Source: Raillietiella orientalis
Lineage: Eukaryota
Assembly: GCA_036172245.1 (NCBI GenBank)
Contig: JAYWIR010000015.1
Span: 2,356,001 to 2,420,000, forward strand
Length of the DNA: 64,000 nucleotides
Direction: 5' to 3'
In this document: positions 38,527-50,859 of the stretch, piece after piece
Position numbering within the stretch: the stretch's first letter is position 1
Layout: each line of letters begins with the position of its first letter
Notes under the pieces: generated by a model
Database searches by the model: none
What the model was told of the DNA's origin: nothing
The model's input: only the letters and a program-made list of their open reading frames with translations
Translations under genes and position numbers: made by a program

Positions 38527-39100
38527 CTATCCCCTCCAAGGGAAGGACATTGGGATAGGAAATCTCGCGAGAACATGACCCAACTTGATGGCGTTGCTTA
38601 CTAGGGATCTGCACATCTGATCAGAGGATCCAGCGTGATTCCTGCAGATTAGGCAGCTCCAAAATCCAAGACGAACTCTGACTGCGAAAAAAAGAGATAG
38701 AGGGAATGAGGATCTGTCGAGACTGGAAGTCCGGAAGAAGCTACACCCGACCGATGGGTCCCGAGTGAGAGCTCCAACACAGAGGGTAGGGCTCGCTCTT
38801 TCCCAGAGGGCAGCAGCAGTCGATCCAACTGCTAGTAGGATCCACGCGGCGGGGCAGACAAAGGTGTATGCAGCGCTCTTGGCTCTCTCTTCCGACGGCT
38901 TTCCGCCGCTGGAGCGAGCACCAGCCCACAGATGCAGCAAGATCTCGCTACAACTTCCCTTCCTCTGTGAGGGTCTGACCGGCTTCGCGTGCAGAGCACC
39001 ACGGGATTCCGGTGGCCTGCACGCAACGTGACGTCCTTCCCAGTACCTTCCCGATCTTCCCTCCTTCCCCGCTTCCTGCCAGTCAGACAAAGAAAAATCG
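38527..39100 (-). mobile_element. L1/Tx1-like ORF2 3' end
   Basis: In the track ORF 38527-39141: ALHAKPVR, KSAAYTFVCPAAWIL, LFFAVRVRLGFWSC. Confidence 0.45.
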
Positions 39101-39749
39101 GGACATCCGAGTGAAATGAGAAGTATCTGGCTCCTCTCCATGTCCGCGATGGCAATCGATAGGTTTCAATCTTACAGAACCGTGTAGCAGAACCCGTGGA
39201 AATAGAAAATAAACATTCAGAGAGAGAGGGAGAGAGGAAGAGGGAAGGGGGAGGAGAGGAGAAGCGAAGTCAGGGAGGAAGGAAGCGAACTCCCTCGATC
39301 TTTGCGGGTCGAGCTGCTCTCCCGGATCACGCAACCATGCGGTTTGCCGCCCTCCCGAAAAAGCTCCTCACGCCTGTAGCAGCACTGAAGCTCTGCATCG
39401 ACTACCTCCCTCCCTCTCGCTTTTCCGGAAAACTCCACTTTCGCTTCCTTTTCGCAAGGGGCAAGGAGACGAAGGACGGAGGGAGGAAGGCGCATGTCAC
39501 CCTCTTAAGTTCCTTTCAATAGTGTTTCCCGATGGAGGGCCGCTTAACTCAGGATGAGCTGTCGAGGGGTCTCAGGTGCGCGCGAGAAGTCTCTGATATC
39601 TCTGTTGCTGAGCGCGCCTGGACTACTCTCCTTTCTTTCCCCTGCAATCTCTCTCCCACTCCCATCTATTCCTAGGTACCCGAGAAGCGCATCCTTTCTC
39701 CAGAGAGTCCCTTCCTCTATCGGCAGGCACCACCCGAACTACTATTACC

Positions 39750-40100
39750 TATCCCACCATCCTGCTGGAGGTCTAAGTAGCCCCCGTTCTGGAGCCTGCT
39801 GGCTCCAGTGCTCCGAGTGGAAGGATCGGGTGAGTTCTCTCACTGGTTTTGGGTTGATGTCCAACCTTTCCTCCGACTTTCCTCCGGAACCCAGGACACG
39901 TCTCTGGAGTGCCTGCAAAATCGATCCTAAACTGCGATCTGAAGCGGTATCTGCTAAAAGAACTGGGGAGTTCCAGGGCGACCAGTGCCTTCAGGAACTG
40001 TGCCCGTTAAAAGAAGTCGGGTGCCAAAAGAGAACCCCTTCCCATTCGGCTCCACCTTCTGAGAAGTCGACGAGGAGGGGCATTGCGAGGAGTAGGAAAG
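39750..40100 (-). mobile_element. L1/Tx1-like ORF1 zinc-knuckle fragment
   Basis: ELPSSFSRYRFRSQFRIDFAGTPETC...KVGHQPKTS (cf. GQP.TC..C...GH...C). Confidence 0.45.
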
Positions 40101-40439
40101 ATCCTTGGAGATGACCGCCAATTTTTTCTTCAGTTCCTCGTGTCTTTCGAGCGTCTTCGCATCTTGGAATAGCTCACTGGGAAATGCCTACATGGATGAG
40201 AGAGGAAGAGAGATGCTTTCCAGAATAGATTGAGGGGCATTGAGGCAGCTCTTTTCCATCACCTCCTTCCCGAGGAGTTCCTCTGAACGTGCGTCATCCG
40301 TTCCACGCTCCCAGAACGCGGAGACACGGAGACAACGAGGAGAGACCTTAATCCATTCTAGCCATCAACCTCCTCCTTCTCATCTTATCTTCCTTTTTTT
40401 CCTCACTTTATCCTCTTCCATCTCACGTCCACCTCTTGA

Positions 40440-41200
40440 GGGAGTGGGGGAGGGGATGCTCAAACCGCAGAGGGGATACGCCTTTTCCGTAGCTCCAAGG
40501 AAATCATCAATTTCTCCGAATTGGTCGGGAAGTCGTCGATTCTCCTCTACGAGACACTTGTTCTCCACGGCAACGAGTGTACGCGTTTCCTGGAGGCATA
40601 GGAGGCGTCTTCTCACTGAGGAACTGGCTGGCGCAAGCATCTCCCGAACGTCCAGGGCCCCTGGTTCGAAGCATCCATCTGCTTTCCCTTTTAAGAATCC
40701 GATGCTCTAATTCATCCACTTTCGTCTCAAGAAACTCAGCTGTTCCTCTGGACCGAGGGAGGTGTCCTTCGCGAGGGAGAAGTCCACGCCCTCCAAGAAG
40801 CCGATTCTAGAGCTCTGATAGACATGCAAGCACGGAACGGCCGATCACGAACGGGGAAATGAAGTTGGCACAGAAGTGCAAGTGGACTCTCGGAGGAAGG
40901 TAATTTTACGGAGAATAGAGCAACACAGGTTCTTGGAGTGGCAGCGTTCGTTCGTCGGAGGCGAAATACAGACCAAATCAGCTAGCGAGAGAAGCCGACG
41001 AGGAAAGAGCAGATGGAGAGAAGGAGGACCCATATGCTTGGAGTTCTTCTTGTAGAAGTGCAGCGTCCAAGGGTTTTCAGGTCCTCGGAATATCGTTATC
41101 AAAAGGATCCTCTGTCCATCTTCAGCGGTCTTCAGTTGGTCATGCACACGTTGCCTAGGTGACGGAGGCGAGCATAGAAGAGAGAAGCTAACCAGGGCTT
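40440..41200 (-). mobile_element. L1/Tx1-like ORF1 end plus ORF2 APE start
   Basis: DGQRILLITIFRGP...RCHSKNLCC, then LLCLQETRT (APE motif). Confidence 0.4.
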
Positions 41201-41629
41201 TTCTGTATGCACAAACGACATTCTAGATAAAAGCTCTTGACTTGGAGGCACGCACTAGCAAAAGTCAAAACAGATCTGACAAGGAAAGAAGGAGGCGTGG
41301 GAAGCTCTGATTTGGGATGCTGACGACCAGAAACGCCAGATCCCCAGATCCCTCACATAGATGCTTCCCCTCTTTGCCTTTTTTCCCTTCGTTTTGAATG
41401 CCTCTCCTGCAGTGGAGACTAGCCGAGAAAGAAGGTGCCGCTGTCATCGTCCTGCCCCGGCTCTGCACATTTCCTGCTTCTCCTGAGACGACAGCATGAA
41501 AATGCTCCTTCGGAAAGAGCACCTCATCTCTTCCCTATCATGTTTGATTGATCCTTCCTTCCTTCCTTTTTCTTTTTCCTTCTTCACTTCCTTTTCAACT
41601 TCGGAATTTTCCACAAACTTTATCACCTC

Positions 41630-43000
41630 TTATTCACCGGTTTCCAATGATGACGATCTGCAATCTCCAACGTAATCCATCAAAGCCTCGAAGGATCCGC
41701 GAGTGATTCTCCTCCTACAATCCCACCCTTCAAAGACGAACCTTCGGAAGAGACTCCTTGCTTCGTCCTTTATTTTTAGACGAAGAGGCAGATGACTCTG
41801 TCTCTGCCGTGGCAGCTTTCATGCCTTGACAGCTTTTTCTCGAATTCTCATTAATGAGCTGGAAGTATCTGGGGGAGATTTCCGTAGAACTTGTTGTTAC
41901 GCGACTCCTAGGGGAAGAGAGTAGTTTTTCGTCTCCCTTTCCCCCTGTTCCTTTTTATTTTTCTCCTCCTTTCTTTTTCGATGATCGATCTCTCAAAGAG
42001 GAAGTGGGAACGATGAACCCCTTCTGCAAGGAGAGCTCCCCTTCCTGAGGAGAACGGGGTCCCTTTGTCAGGGTCAGCGAAAGCCGAGAGCAAAATGAGC
42101 AATTTTTCCAATTGAGGGAAGGGCGGTTCGATTTTCGGCCATCCCTATCCCACGTAGTTTCTCTTCTCGACGCCCGCTGTTTCTCATCCCTTCTCCCGCT
42201 CCTCCCGTAAGGCGGAAATGCGGACGCGGAGATGGAAGACACCATGTGCTACGGTCATCATTCAGTTATCAGTCAGATCCTTAATCTTTCTTCTTCCTTC
42301 CATCCTTTGCTCTTCCTTTTCCTCCTTCGGCGCTCGTGTCTGCTGCTGATCTGAACGTTTGTTCCAAGAAGTCCGCAGACGGACAGTGCAGTATCGCAAC
42401 CTGTTGCAGCATCGAGGGAGAGACGGACAGAAGGGGATAGACAAGCGCATGTACCAAGAGCTTCTGGTTTAAGTCCATGAGGGGGAAGGACCGAGAGAGG
42501 ACAGCCTGCAGCACCCGTCACCCAAGTGGAACGACGATCCTCTGAAGCCACCACCAGCCGCGGATGCGCGAGGTTCGAAAAGAGAGACCTGGTTTCTCCC
42601 AGAAGACGCCTTCTGGCAGGGATTAGCGCTCATAGCCAATCTCCAGCCGGTGGTAACCTCTTGAATGCGCCTGTTACTCATTTCTCCCGAGCATGCAGAT
42701 TGCAAGGTACCAGCCAGGATCCCGTGGGTGCCCGAAGACCTCCAGCTGCGCGCGCGCCATCTTAGCTGGGCACTCCACTTGCCTGGGTGGATTCGAAGGC
42801 TACTTCGAAATGCCAAAAAGGCCATACTCATCCTGGGCTTTGGCTGTTCCTGTGGACAGGTAGGTGAGGGGAGGAGAGGAAGGGTGACAGAGAGCAAGAA
42901 GGGCATATACGGCTACATCTTAGGGATCTCAGAGCAGTCTTCTGGAAGTCTTCCAAAGTAGACCTCACTGAACGAAGCCAGAACCTTCAAAAAGACATGA
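41630..43000 (-). mobile_element. Degraded LINE RT core
   Basis: SFSEVYFGRLPEDC, GAFKRL, RSLFSN, FHLG-RVLQ-GCPLSVL (cf. GVRQGCPLS), LSAFAD, SLFRRFVF. Confidence 0.55.
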
Positions 43001-43239
43001 AGAGAGAGCTTCTTCCTTCACATTCCTCCCTTTCCTTTCTGCCACACAGGAAGGTAGGGCAGGAGTGAGAGTATTGCTCCCTCGTGTTCTGGAAGACTCT
43101 CGGCACGCCTCCTTGTGACGCCCACTTCTCCTTTCATCGATTACGACGGAGGATTATTTGCCTGTATCCATGGTCCCTAGAGATCGGCGCCGCTATCATA
43201 GGCAAGAGCTCTCTTGATTTTCACCCGGGTCGCCGAGGC

Positions 43240-44100
43240 GTTTATTTAAAACAAACTTTAACACGCGCTAAGGCTGGACCAGTGATCCAGCCACGCCCGA
43301 AGAAACAACACAGAGCCTGCTGGGTCACCGGTTCGCAGACCGGTACGGTGCACCACTACGGCAGCAGGGGGAAGGGGGGACAAACAAAAAAACTAAACAA
43401 AAACAAAAGAAAACGTGGGAGGGTGCGGGAAGGGATCACTGTTGCTGCTGGGGCCGTTGCATCCTTCGCAGAATGCCGGCAAGCTCTCTCTGTATTACTG
43501 GATCCAGGTGGGGCCATCGCGTCGCCCTCTCCAAAAATTCAGCGGCACATTGGATGGCACCCTTATCGCGAGGTCCTGGAAGCTCGGCACCTTGGTAGAT
43601 CGTGCCTTGCATCCGACGCTGCTCCTACTCCACGTCCCACCACCTCTTCCGGCAGAGGTCGCGGGAGACCTTCTCGGTAGCTGGAAACCCCACTCCAGGT
43701 ACTCGAATGACCCTTACTCTTACGAGAGTTGGCCCCTTGGAGCCATCCTCAGGGTCTGATTCTCCTAACCCGGACCAACATCTAAGAGGTGTTTCCGCAG
43801 ATAAAAGCTCAGCAGGAATCAAGAAAAGGGAAGCAAGAGACGCTTCGCTGCCTTCAATACAGGTCCGAAAAGGGCCGCGCGCATCATGTCAGAATGTATC
43901 CTTGTTCCCCTTCTGACTTCTGGAATTCTTCTTAAACTCTTTGAGGAAAGAAGGTTCGCCATCCAGGTTTTGGATAGAGAGGGTGACAGCCAATTTCTTG
44001 CTGTGTGGGCTCACTCCCCTCTCCTGCTCCCCCCACCGTTTTCCCCTCTTTCCTTCCAGACAATCCCGCCGCTCCGAGACTCCCTGCTTTCGAGCTCGCG
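43240..44100 (-). mobile_element. L1/Tx1-like 3' end with 3' UTR
   Basis: RTCIEGSEASLASLFL; C-terminus AEFLERATRWPHLDPVIQRELAGILRRM...TGA (43438-43436), homologous to the 55958 copy; U-rich UTR and AATAAA at 43246-43241. Confidence 0.55.
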
Positions 44101-44919
44101 TGCCCTTGATGACCCGAAAAGCAGGGATCGCCGACAGAGGAAGGCTCGCGCCGTCTCGTCCCGCCGTTGCGCCTGGCTGTTGTGCCAAGAGTCGCGGACA
44201 GTCAACATGGAGGAATCCTTCAGAGGGAACAAGGGACGTCGCATCGGGGTATAAAAAAACATTTCCGGAGCTATGCAAGAGTAGGAAAGGACTCCGTTGG
44301 CGCTTTCTGGGATTGTCGAACGGGGGAAGGAAGGATAAAAGACTCGGATCATCCTGGGGCGACGTTCGAGCAGCGATTCCGAGGAAAGCGGGACGTGAGG
44401 GATCGACAGGTGCCTGTCTGGACCGCCTACTCTTCACTGTCCCTTCATCCTGTACTGAGATCTCCTGGAAGAATGGGGAAAGCTGGGAGACCGCTGACGG
44501 GGCGAGTTCCGAATCCTGGTGGAAAGGCGAGCCTTGTTGCCAGACGCCATCTGGTGGAAATCGGATTCCTGTGGGACAAGCCTGCCCGGCGACCTGACAG
44601 AAATGGAAACGCTAGTGATGAAAGATCCGTGAGGTCAGAAAGGGAAGAGAAGGAACGAAAAACAGAACCCCAGGAAGAAGGAGAAAGAGAGAGGAAAAGT
44701 GGAGGAGAAGGAGGAGGAGAAGGCAAAAGGAAGACCACGGTTTCTCGTCACGATCATTCCTTTCAGTGATTTCCATGCCCCTTCGCAAACTATCTCTTTG
44801 TCTTTCGCTGCTCCTTAGAAAGTAGTCCTAAAGTTCTACGAGGCGCCCCGGGAACCAAAAGTCAACAGGGATCCGAAGCAGGAAAGGGAACCAACAGACA
44901 AAAGGAGGAATCACGCAGT

Positions 44920-45480
44920 CTGAACAGAGATTACCGGGCCGGCTGAATGGTGGAACTCTTTTTCTCTGTTGTCAGAAGTTCCGGAAACCACGTACTCGGA
45001 TCCTCATGAGGAAGCTGCGGTTCCGGTCCGCCGCTGCTTGCGTGCCGCTAACGGGACGGCACGTCACGTTTGCCCGTGCTGCTGCGCGTTCCTCGCGTCA
45101 AGCGTCCTTTCCGCTCTGTGCGCTGCGGGCAAATCGAAGGAAGGAGAGGTTCCTATGCGAAACGGCCTCTTCCAGGGGAATATACGGATTCCAGACGACG
45201 GTTTCTACGGGTGCGAGGGCTTTCGAGAAAAGAGAGCCGAGGCGCGATTTGAAGGAAGGGGGAGTAGGGGATTGAGTGCGAGAAAGGAAGTGGGAGCCTC
45301 CTATTCGGAGGCGGACGGGGCTCAGGGCTGCAGTGTCATCTGCTCCGCCGACCTTTGCACAGAGGATACCATTCCTGCTGCAGGGTGCCGTTTGCTTCCG
45401 ATGGCAGTGGAAATCTCGGGGAAAGCCTCGACAGCAAATGGAAGCGTTTCAGGTTTTCCCAAGGTTTGGTCAAAGGGAAG
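44920..45480 (+). mobile_element. Degraded LINE RT fragment
   Basis: LCALRANR, IYGFQTTVST (cf. Q.GFr..rST), RTG-AQGC..SAPPTF. Confidence 0.4.
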
Positions 45481-45749
45481 GCGGAGGAACAATCCGACTC
45501 AAGGAGTGAGCCTGGAAATAAAGGGAGGGAGAAAGGAAAAGGAAGGGAGAGAGATAAGAGAGATGTGCAACAGTATTATCTGGACTTACGGTTCCTGAGC
45601 GCCTCCTCGTACTTGCAAGAAAAACTACAAGTACAAAATCAATCACTGTAAGAAGGAATACTCGAAGAACGATGATGAGGAAGAGGAGGGAAGATAAAAA
45701 AATGGTTTCACGCCACTCCTCTCCAGAAGACCCAGCGCATCGAGACAGC

Positions 45750-48240
45750 CTTGAGTTCTCTCTGAAGGCTCAACTGGTAGTGAGCTGGAAACCCACTGGG
45801 GACAGAATCGGTCGTTGCATGCGACTTCAGGAGACGCACCTTGCTGAGATTCCAGTCTCCCTGGCGAGTGCGGATTCGGACACGAAACTGTCTCATCTCA
45901 GGAAGCACGACAGAGGCAGCCTCATGAGATACTGTTTCCTGACCGACTGCTTCCCGAGCTTGAGGCAGAGGAGGAGTAGCCGCTCTGCCGTCCAGTCCGA
46001 TCCCCTCAGAAACGAAGTCTTTCTTCTCCCCTCCCTTTCCTTTTGTCACATGGGGAGTCTCCTCGTCCCGGTGAGCTGGACAGCGAAATCCTTGAAGACC
46101 GTCCCTGACCCCTCCTCGTCTCCGAAAATAGCAGGATTTGCCGATGTCCGGCTAATCCTGCTAACTCCAGGGGCTGGTCGAAAACCCAGCCGTCGTCCTC
46201 CCTTCCTCATTGCCTTGGGCGCGAGAGAAACCCGCGTCCTTGTCGGGGCAGAGACGTGCTGTTGGACACGCAGGGGTAACGCTCTCAAGCCGGAAATCTA
46301 GCCGGAGGAAGGTGGCTGCCTGCGAAAAGTTCATCCGAGGAAGGAAAAACGGATTTCGGAGATGCTAAATGGGCGAAAGGGGGATCACGGCGCTCACTTT
46401 CGTTCCAGGACAAACAGCCAAACTGCAGTTGGAAACCCTTCTATAAGCGGGGAAAGAGTGACACCGTCGCTGTAAACGCCTGGATGCTCACCCAAACCAG
46501 ACGAGACCAAGGTGGAGCGGTCGCATGCCGCTGGGGAAGTTCATCTTGAAAGAGATCTCTCAATGTTCAGAAAGCGCGCGACGTTCTGGAAAGATTGACG
46601 CAGGAGAGTTCCGAAAGCGAAGGCAACTGGGATCCGAGGACTGGAACAGGCGACAGAGAGGGAGCGATCTCGGATTTCCCTGACTTCAATGTTAAGGTAC
46701 GAGCGTCTAGAGGAGAAGGTAGGTTTCCTGCAAGGAGTAGGTAGGTAGATTTCCTGAATGCAGAGATGGCTGAAAGGAAGTGCGGGAAGAAAGAACACAA
46801 GTCTCCAGGACCCGTGCCTCTCTGCACGTGAGTCGGGAGTTGACTCTTATTATACATTATACTCCGAGATGAAAGTCTGCGGCAAATTCAAAGATGCCGA
46901 ACAACGAACGGGGATCGGAGCTGCGGCTCATCATCGTGGCGGAAGGACTACAGCAACTCGCCTTGCTGGTCTGGAACATTCCCAGCATGTGAAAGTTCTC
47001 TCACTCCAACTGTCTCTCTGGTGATGCGAACAAGGACCGCAGAAGAAAACAAGGAACAACCCGTCACGTCCCTGGGCTGCCAGTGCTCTCTGAGCGACTT
47101 GTGACTGGCCGGACGGCAGCCACCCCCGAAGGATCTCACGGAAGATCTCTGGCGAAAAACACGCCCCTCTCGGCGCGAGCTACTGACCCGGAGCTGTGCA
47201 CTCAATCCTACTATGTTGGGTGGGTGAGTTGACGTCCATGCTCTTTTCCCATCGATCGTGATTCGATGGGAAAGGGCTGGACGTGGACTTTGGAGGAGCG
47301 CCTCTCGTCTTCTATGAGGGACTCCCTCGTTGCTGGTTTCAGGGGTTCCAATTGCTCCTGAACAACTTACGGAAAGCAAGTGGAACGTCAGCAAAGCGGC
47401 TCCTTCGTCCAGACCTAGTTCTGGGACCTTGAGAACGTCGAAAGCACATAGTGAAAAAGGGTCAGACCAGCCATTTCTTCAGTCGCCTTGGAGCGGCCTA
47501 AAACAAAACTCAGGGCGAAGAGGAGACCACCTGGAAGAATGGCACGTTCCTTTGAGGAGTGGAAGTGCAGGCACGTGCGGGGGAGAACTTGGCAGGTGTA
47601 TCGATAAATCAGGGGAGGGGAGAGAAGCAGAAGAAGTAGAAGGAATCAGAGGGAATTGCCGTTACGAAGACGGATGGGTTCGCCGTGGGACCGTGAAAGA
47701 GTTCTGTCGAAAAAGCAACGAAGCGTCAGGATCTCTCAAGAGGCGCTGCAAAAGACGCTGGTTCTGGACGTCGTCAAGGTGACTCGGCTGCGATGGCTCT
47801 CTGTCGCACCTGCAGGCAGATGTGAGGGCGGAAGAAGATGCTACCTCCGCCGCTTCCCACGCGGCTGATTGGCGAGCCTGCCTACTGATGTTCACATCCT
47901 TCTTCCCTTCAGCATCCGCAGGTAGTCCGGCGATTTCCTGATCCGGGAAAACGCTGAAGAGCCAAAAGCTCTACTGGGGATGCATCTCTGGAGATATCGC
48001 TCTTGTGGGATTGGGAGGAATAGGGGGAGGAGAGAAACGGGAAAGAAAGGCAATCGCGGCAGAAGAGGCAACTTGTTTGCTCGGTACTTCCTACTGCGAG
48101 AGTTGTAGCAGCTTTGAGAAGTCCGATGCACTCCAAGACATTAATGTAATGGGATTCCTTGATTCCCGAACCAACGACTCTTGCACCAGAGACTGCAAAA
48201 ACACTATAAATTTGATCATCTCTGGACCTCGAAAATGAAC
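45750..48240 (+). mobile_element. Degraded LINE ORF2 (APE plus RT), clade uncertain
   Basis: LQETHL (about 45825); then one frame (few stops) carrying KSPGP (46799), SGTFP, QPVTSL, VDVHALFPSI, SGLKQ, RYEDG and EASG; then a frameshift to KTLVL, RCYL. Confidence 0.6.
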
Positions 48241-49070
48241 TACAATGAGAGGCGCCGTGACACGAATCCATTCGCATCCCTTAATGTCCTCTTCCGATAA
48301 AAAACCTGGACTGGATGTCTTCGTGCAGAGACAAGATACTACATAAATAAAACGTGGCTTACTTTTTTTTTTGGTGTATTTCCGCGAGGGATTGAGAGGG
48401 AGAGCCGGCCTTAGAGAGTGCTCGTCTTCCTTCCCTTCCTCTGACTCCCCCTGCTCCCTCCTCCATCCCTTGCTTCCTCTCGGTGATGGTCTCGGTGCGT
48501 GCCTTTCCCTCGTCTCGAAACGGTGTCAGGTCAGCACAAGAGGTGGACAACATCCGGGGACATGAGAGGGGAGGAGTGGAAGAGCGGTTGCCACACCGTG
48601 AAGCAGGCGATCTGTCCGTTTCACGATCCCTGTTCAGCGTGGAGCTTCCCACTTCTCACTCCTTTTCACTACCCCTCCCCTCTACTCTCGTTCTTCCACC
48701 TCACTTCTTTCCTTCCCTTGCTCCCCTCATCTTCCTGGATATCGTAAGGAAGGAAGTCGGCTTACCATCCGGATATGATGGAGTTGAGGTAATAAAGAGA
48801 TGGACAGGGGAAAGCATCCTTTCTGCCCTGGGAATATCCCCCGAGGATAGGATGCTCTTTGTTCGTCCGCTCGGTGGAAAAGGGAGCAAAGGGCGTGCCC
48901 TTTGCTCCCTTTGGAAAGGAGAAGAAGTACGGATGGTCCAGAGCAGCCCGGGAAGGAGGAAGATGAGACATGGATGGGAAGGTGGCGGCTCTCGCTCCTG
49001 CTCACATAGCCCTGCGCGTCTCCTGAGGGGAAAAAAAGGGGGGGAGAGCCCGGTCAGCCTTTCGCCTGTA

Positions 49071-49819
49071 GTGTATTCTTCCCAGAGTTCCTCTTCCGAT
49101 TTCTCGGGAGGAACTGCTAATCTTTTCTTACTCCCTCTCGCTCTCCCGCACGCACTCTACTTCTCATTACATCTCCACCCTCTTCCTTCTTCTTCCCCCT
49201 GTCCTTTGTCGTCCGTTTCGCGCCAAACTCCGATGACTCCTCCCCTCGTCCCCCATCCTCCCCGGCAGCAAGGTTTCCGGGAGCTCTGCTGCTTGGAGGT
49301 AGGGGACATCTCGTCCTTTCCGTGTCTTCGCCTCCGCCGCCTAGGAGCACCCTCGAGCGATTGTGGAGGTTACCCCTAGCCCCTCGGGTAAGAATGTGGA
49401 GGGAAGGAGAGCTCCTTACTTCCCTCCTCCCCATCTTGTGCGAACTCAGCAAACTCGAAAAACTGCAGCACTCGATCCCGGACTCAACTACCGGCGGGCT
49501 ATCCCTCAGGCGAGCACATGGAGGTCGGTAGAGGGTGCATCCCGCGCTGAGTTCCCGGAGACGATCCCGAACACCTAGCAGATTCCATGCTGCTGCCGCT
49601 ACGACTGACGATGATGCTCCTGATGACAATGACGATGGCGACGAATCTTTCTGTCCGGAGATCGATCGGAGCTCGGCGGGAAACGGGAGTCAGGACAGAG
49701 GGAGGAAAGAAGAGGGAGGAGATGTAATGGGAAGTGGCGCACGTGCGGGAGAGCTAGAAGAAGTAAGAAAAGGTTAGCAGTTCCTCCAGAGAAATTGGGG
49801 AAGTCTGGGAGGAATACAC
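49071..49819. repeat. Inverted repeat, arms of about 150 bp (49071-49224 and 49675-49819), spacer about 450 bp
   Basis: gtgtattc(t/c)tcccaga...ggaggaactgctaa(t/c)cttttcttact...gctctcccgcacg...cattacatctcc is found in reverse complement in the second arm. Confidence 0.9.
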
Positions 49820-50859
49820 GCCGGCATCCTTCCTTCCGCGCAGCCGGACAGTGGTCATTCCGCAAACGACGAAAACCCTCGGATCTGAGAGTTCTTCTCC
49901 CCTTATCTCACTTACCCTTTTCTCCCCATCTGGGCTCTCGCTCACCTGCATGGAAAGTCCTGACGTGCGCGTGCGTCCTCCACTTCTTCTCTCCCCTCTC
50001 TCCACGAGTCACCTTCCTCCCCCCGGTTTCTTTCGCTAAGACGCTTTCGCTCCCAATTCTCTTTCTGCTCTTTATTCCCTTTCGGTTCTTCGAGGTGGGA
50101 TTGGGAAGGGGTGGAGAGGATTGGAGAGAGAAGGGGAGCGTGGGGTGGAAGAGAGGGAGATTGCAATGAGAGACATCTGACTTTGTCGAGACCGTCAAAT
50201 GATTCTCCATGTGTTTGCGAATTCTTATAGCCCTCCTTAATGGATCCTCTCCCCTTTGTCCCCTTCCCTTCCAAGGCGCTCTCCAGCCGACGGTTGTCGC
50301 TTCTGATAGCTCGTTAAACCTCTCGCTTCACTGCTCCCTGCTCCCTCCCCCGTCTTTTCCACTTGCACCTCCCTCCTCCTCCCCCTTCCTCTTCCTCCTC
50401 CCGGACCACTCGCTTGCTCTCCCTTTCCAAGATCCTCGTCGTCGTTCTCATCCAAGGCCAGAATGGGGTGAAAGAGAGGAGAGAGGAGAAGGGGGGAGGG
50501 GAAAGATAAGGAAAGGAGAAGAGGAAAGGAAAAGAGGGAAGCGGAAGGATGGAGGAGAGAGACGATAAGAATTTTCTCCTCCCTTCAGGCATACTCTTCA
50601 GCCTCCACTATCCTGAGTTGGACCCTTCCTTCTCACCTAAAGCGAAAAAAGGGAGACCTCTGAAAGGAGATCCTTCCTCGTATTCTGCTTGACCTCTTCG
50701 TGCGCCTCACGGATGAACGGGACGCGCAGGTAGGAAGGAAATTAGGGAAAAGGTAGGGAAGCCGGAAGCAAGGGGGAGCGCGATGCTAGGACGCCGTGCG
50801 TCACCGGGCAACCTGCGTTCTGGAGTAAAAGGAAAGCAGGAACGGATAGATGGATAGAG

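Noticed and set aside
41780..41900. Plus-strand EADD...WKYLG resembling RT motifs
   Set aside because: The spacing is too short for RT, and the minus strand gives a more coherent RT motif series here.
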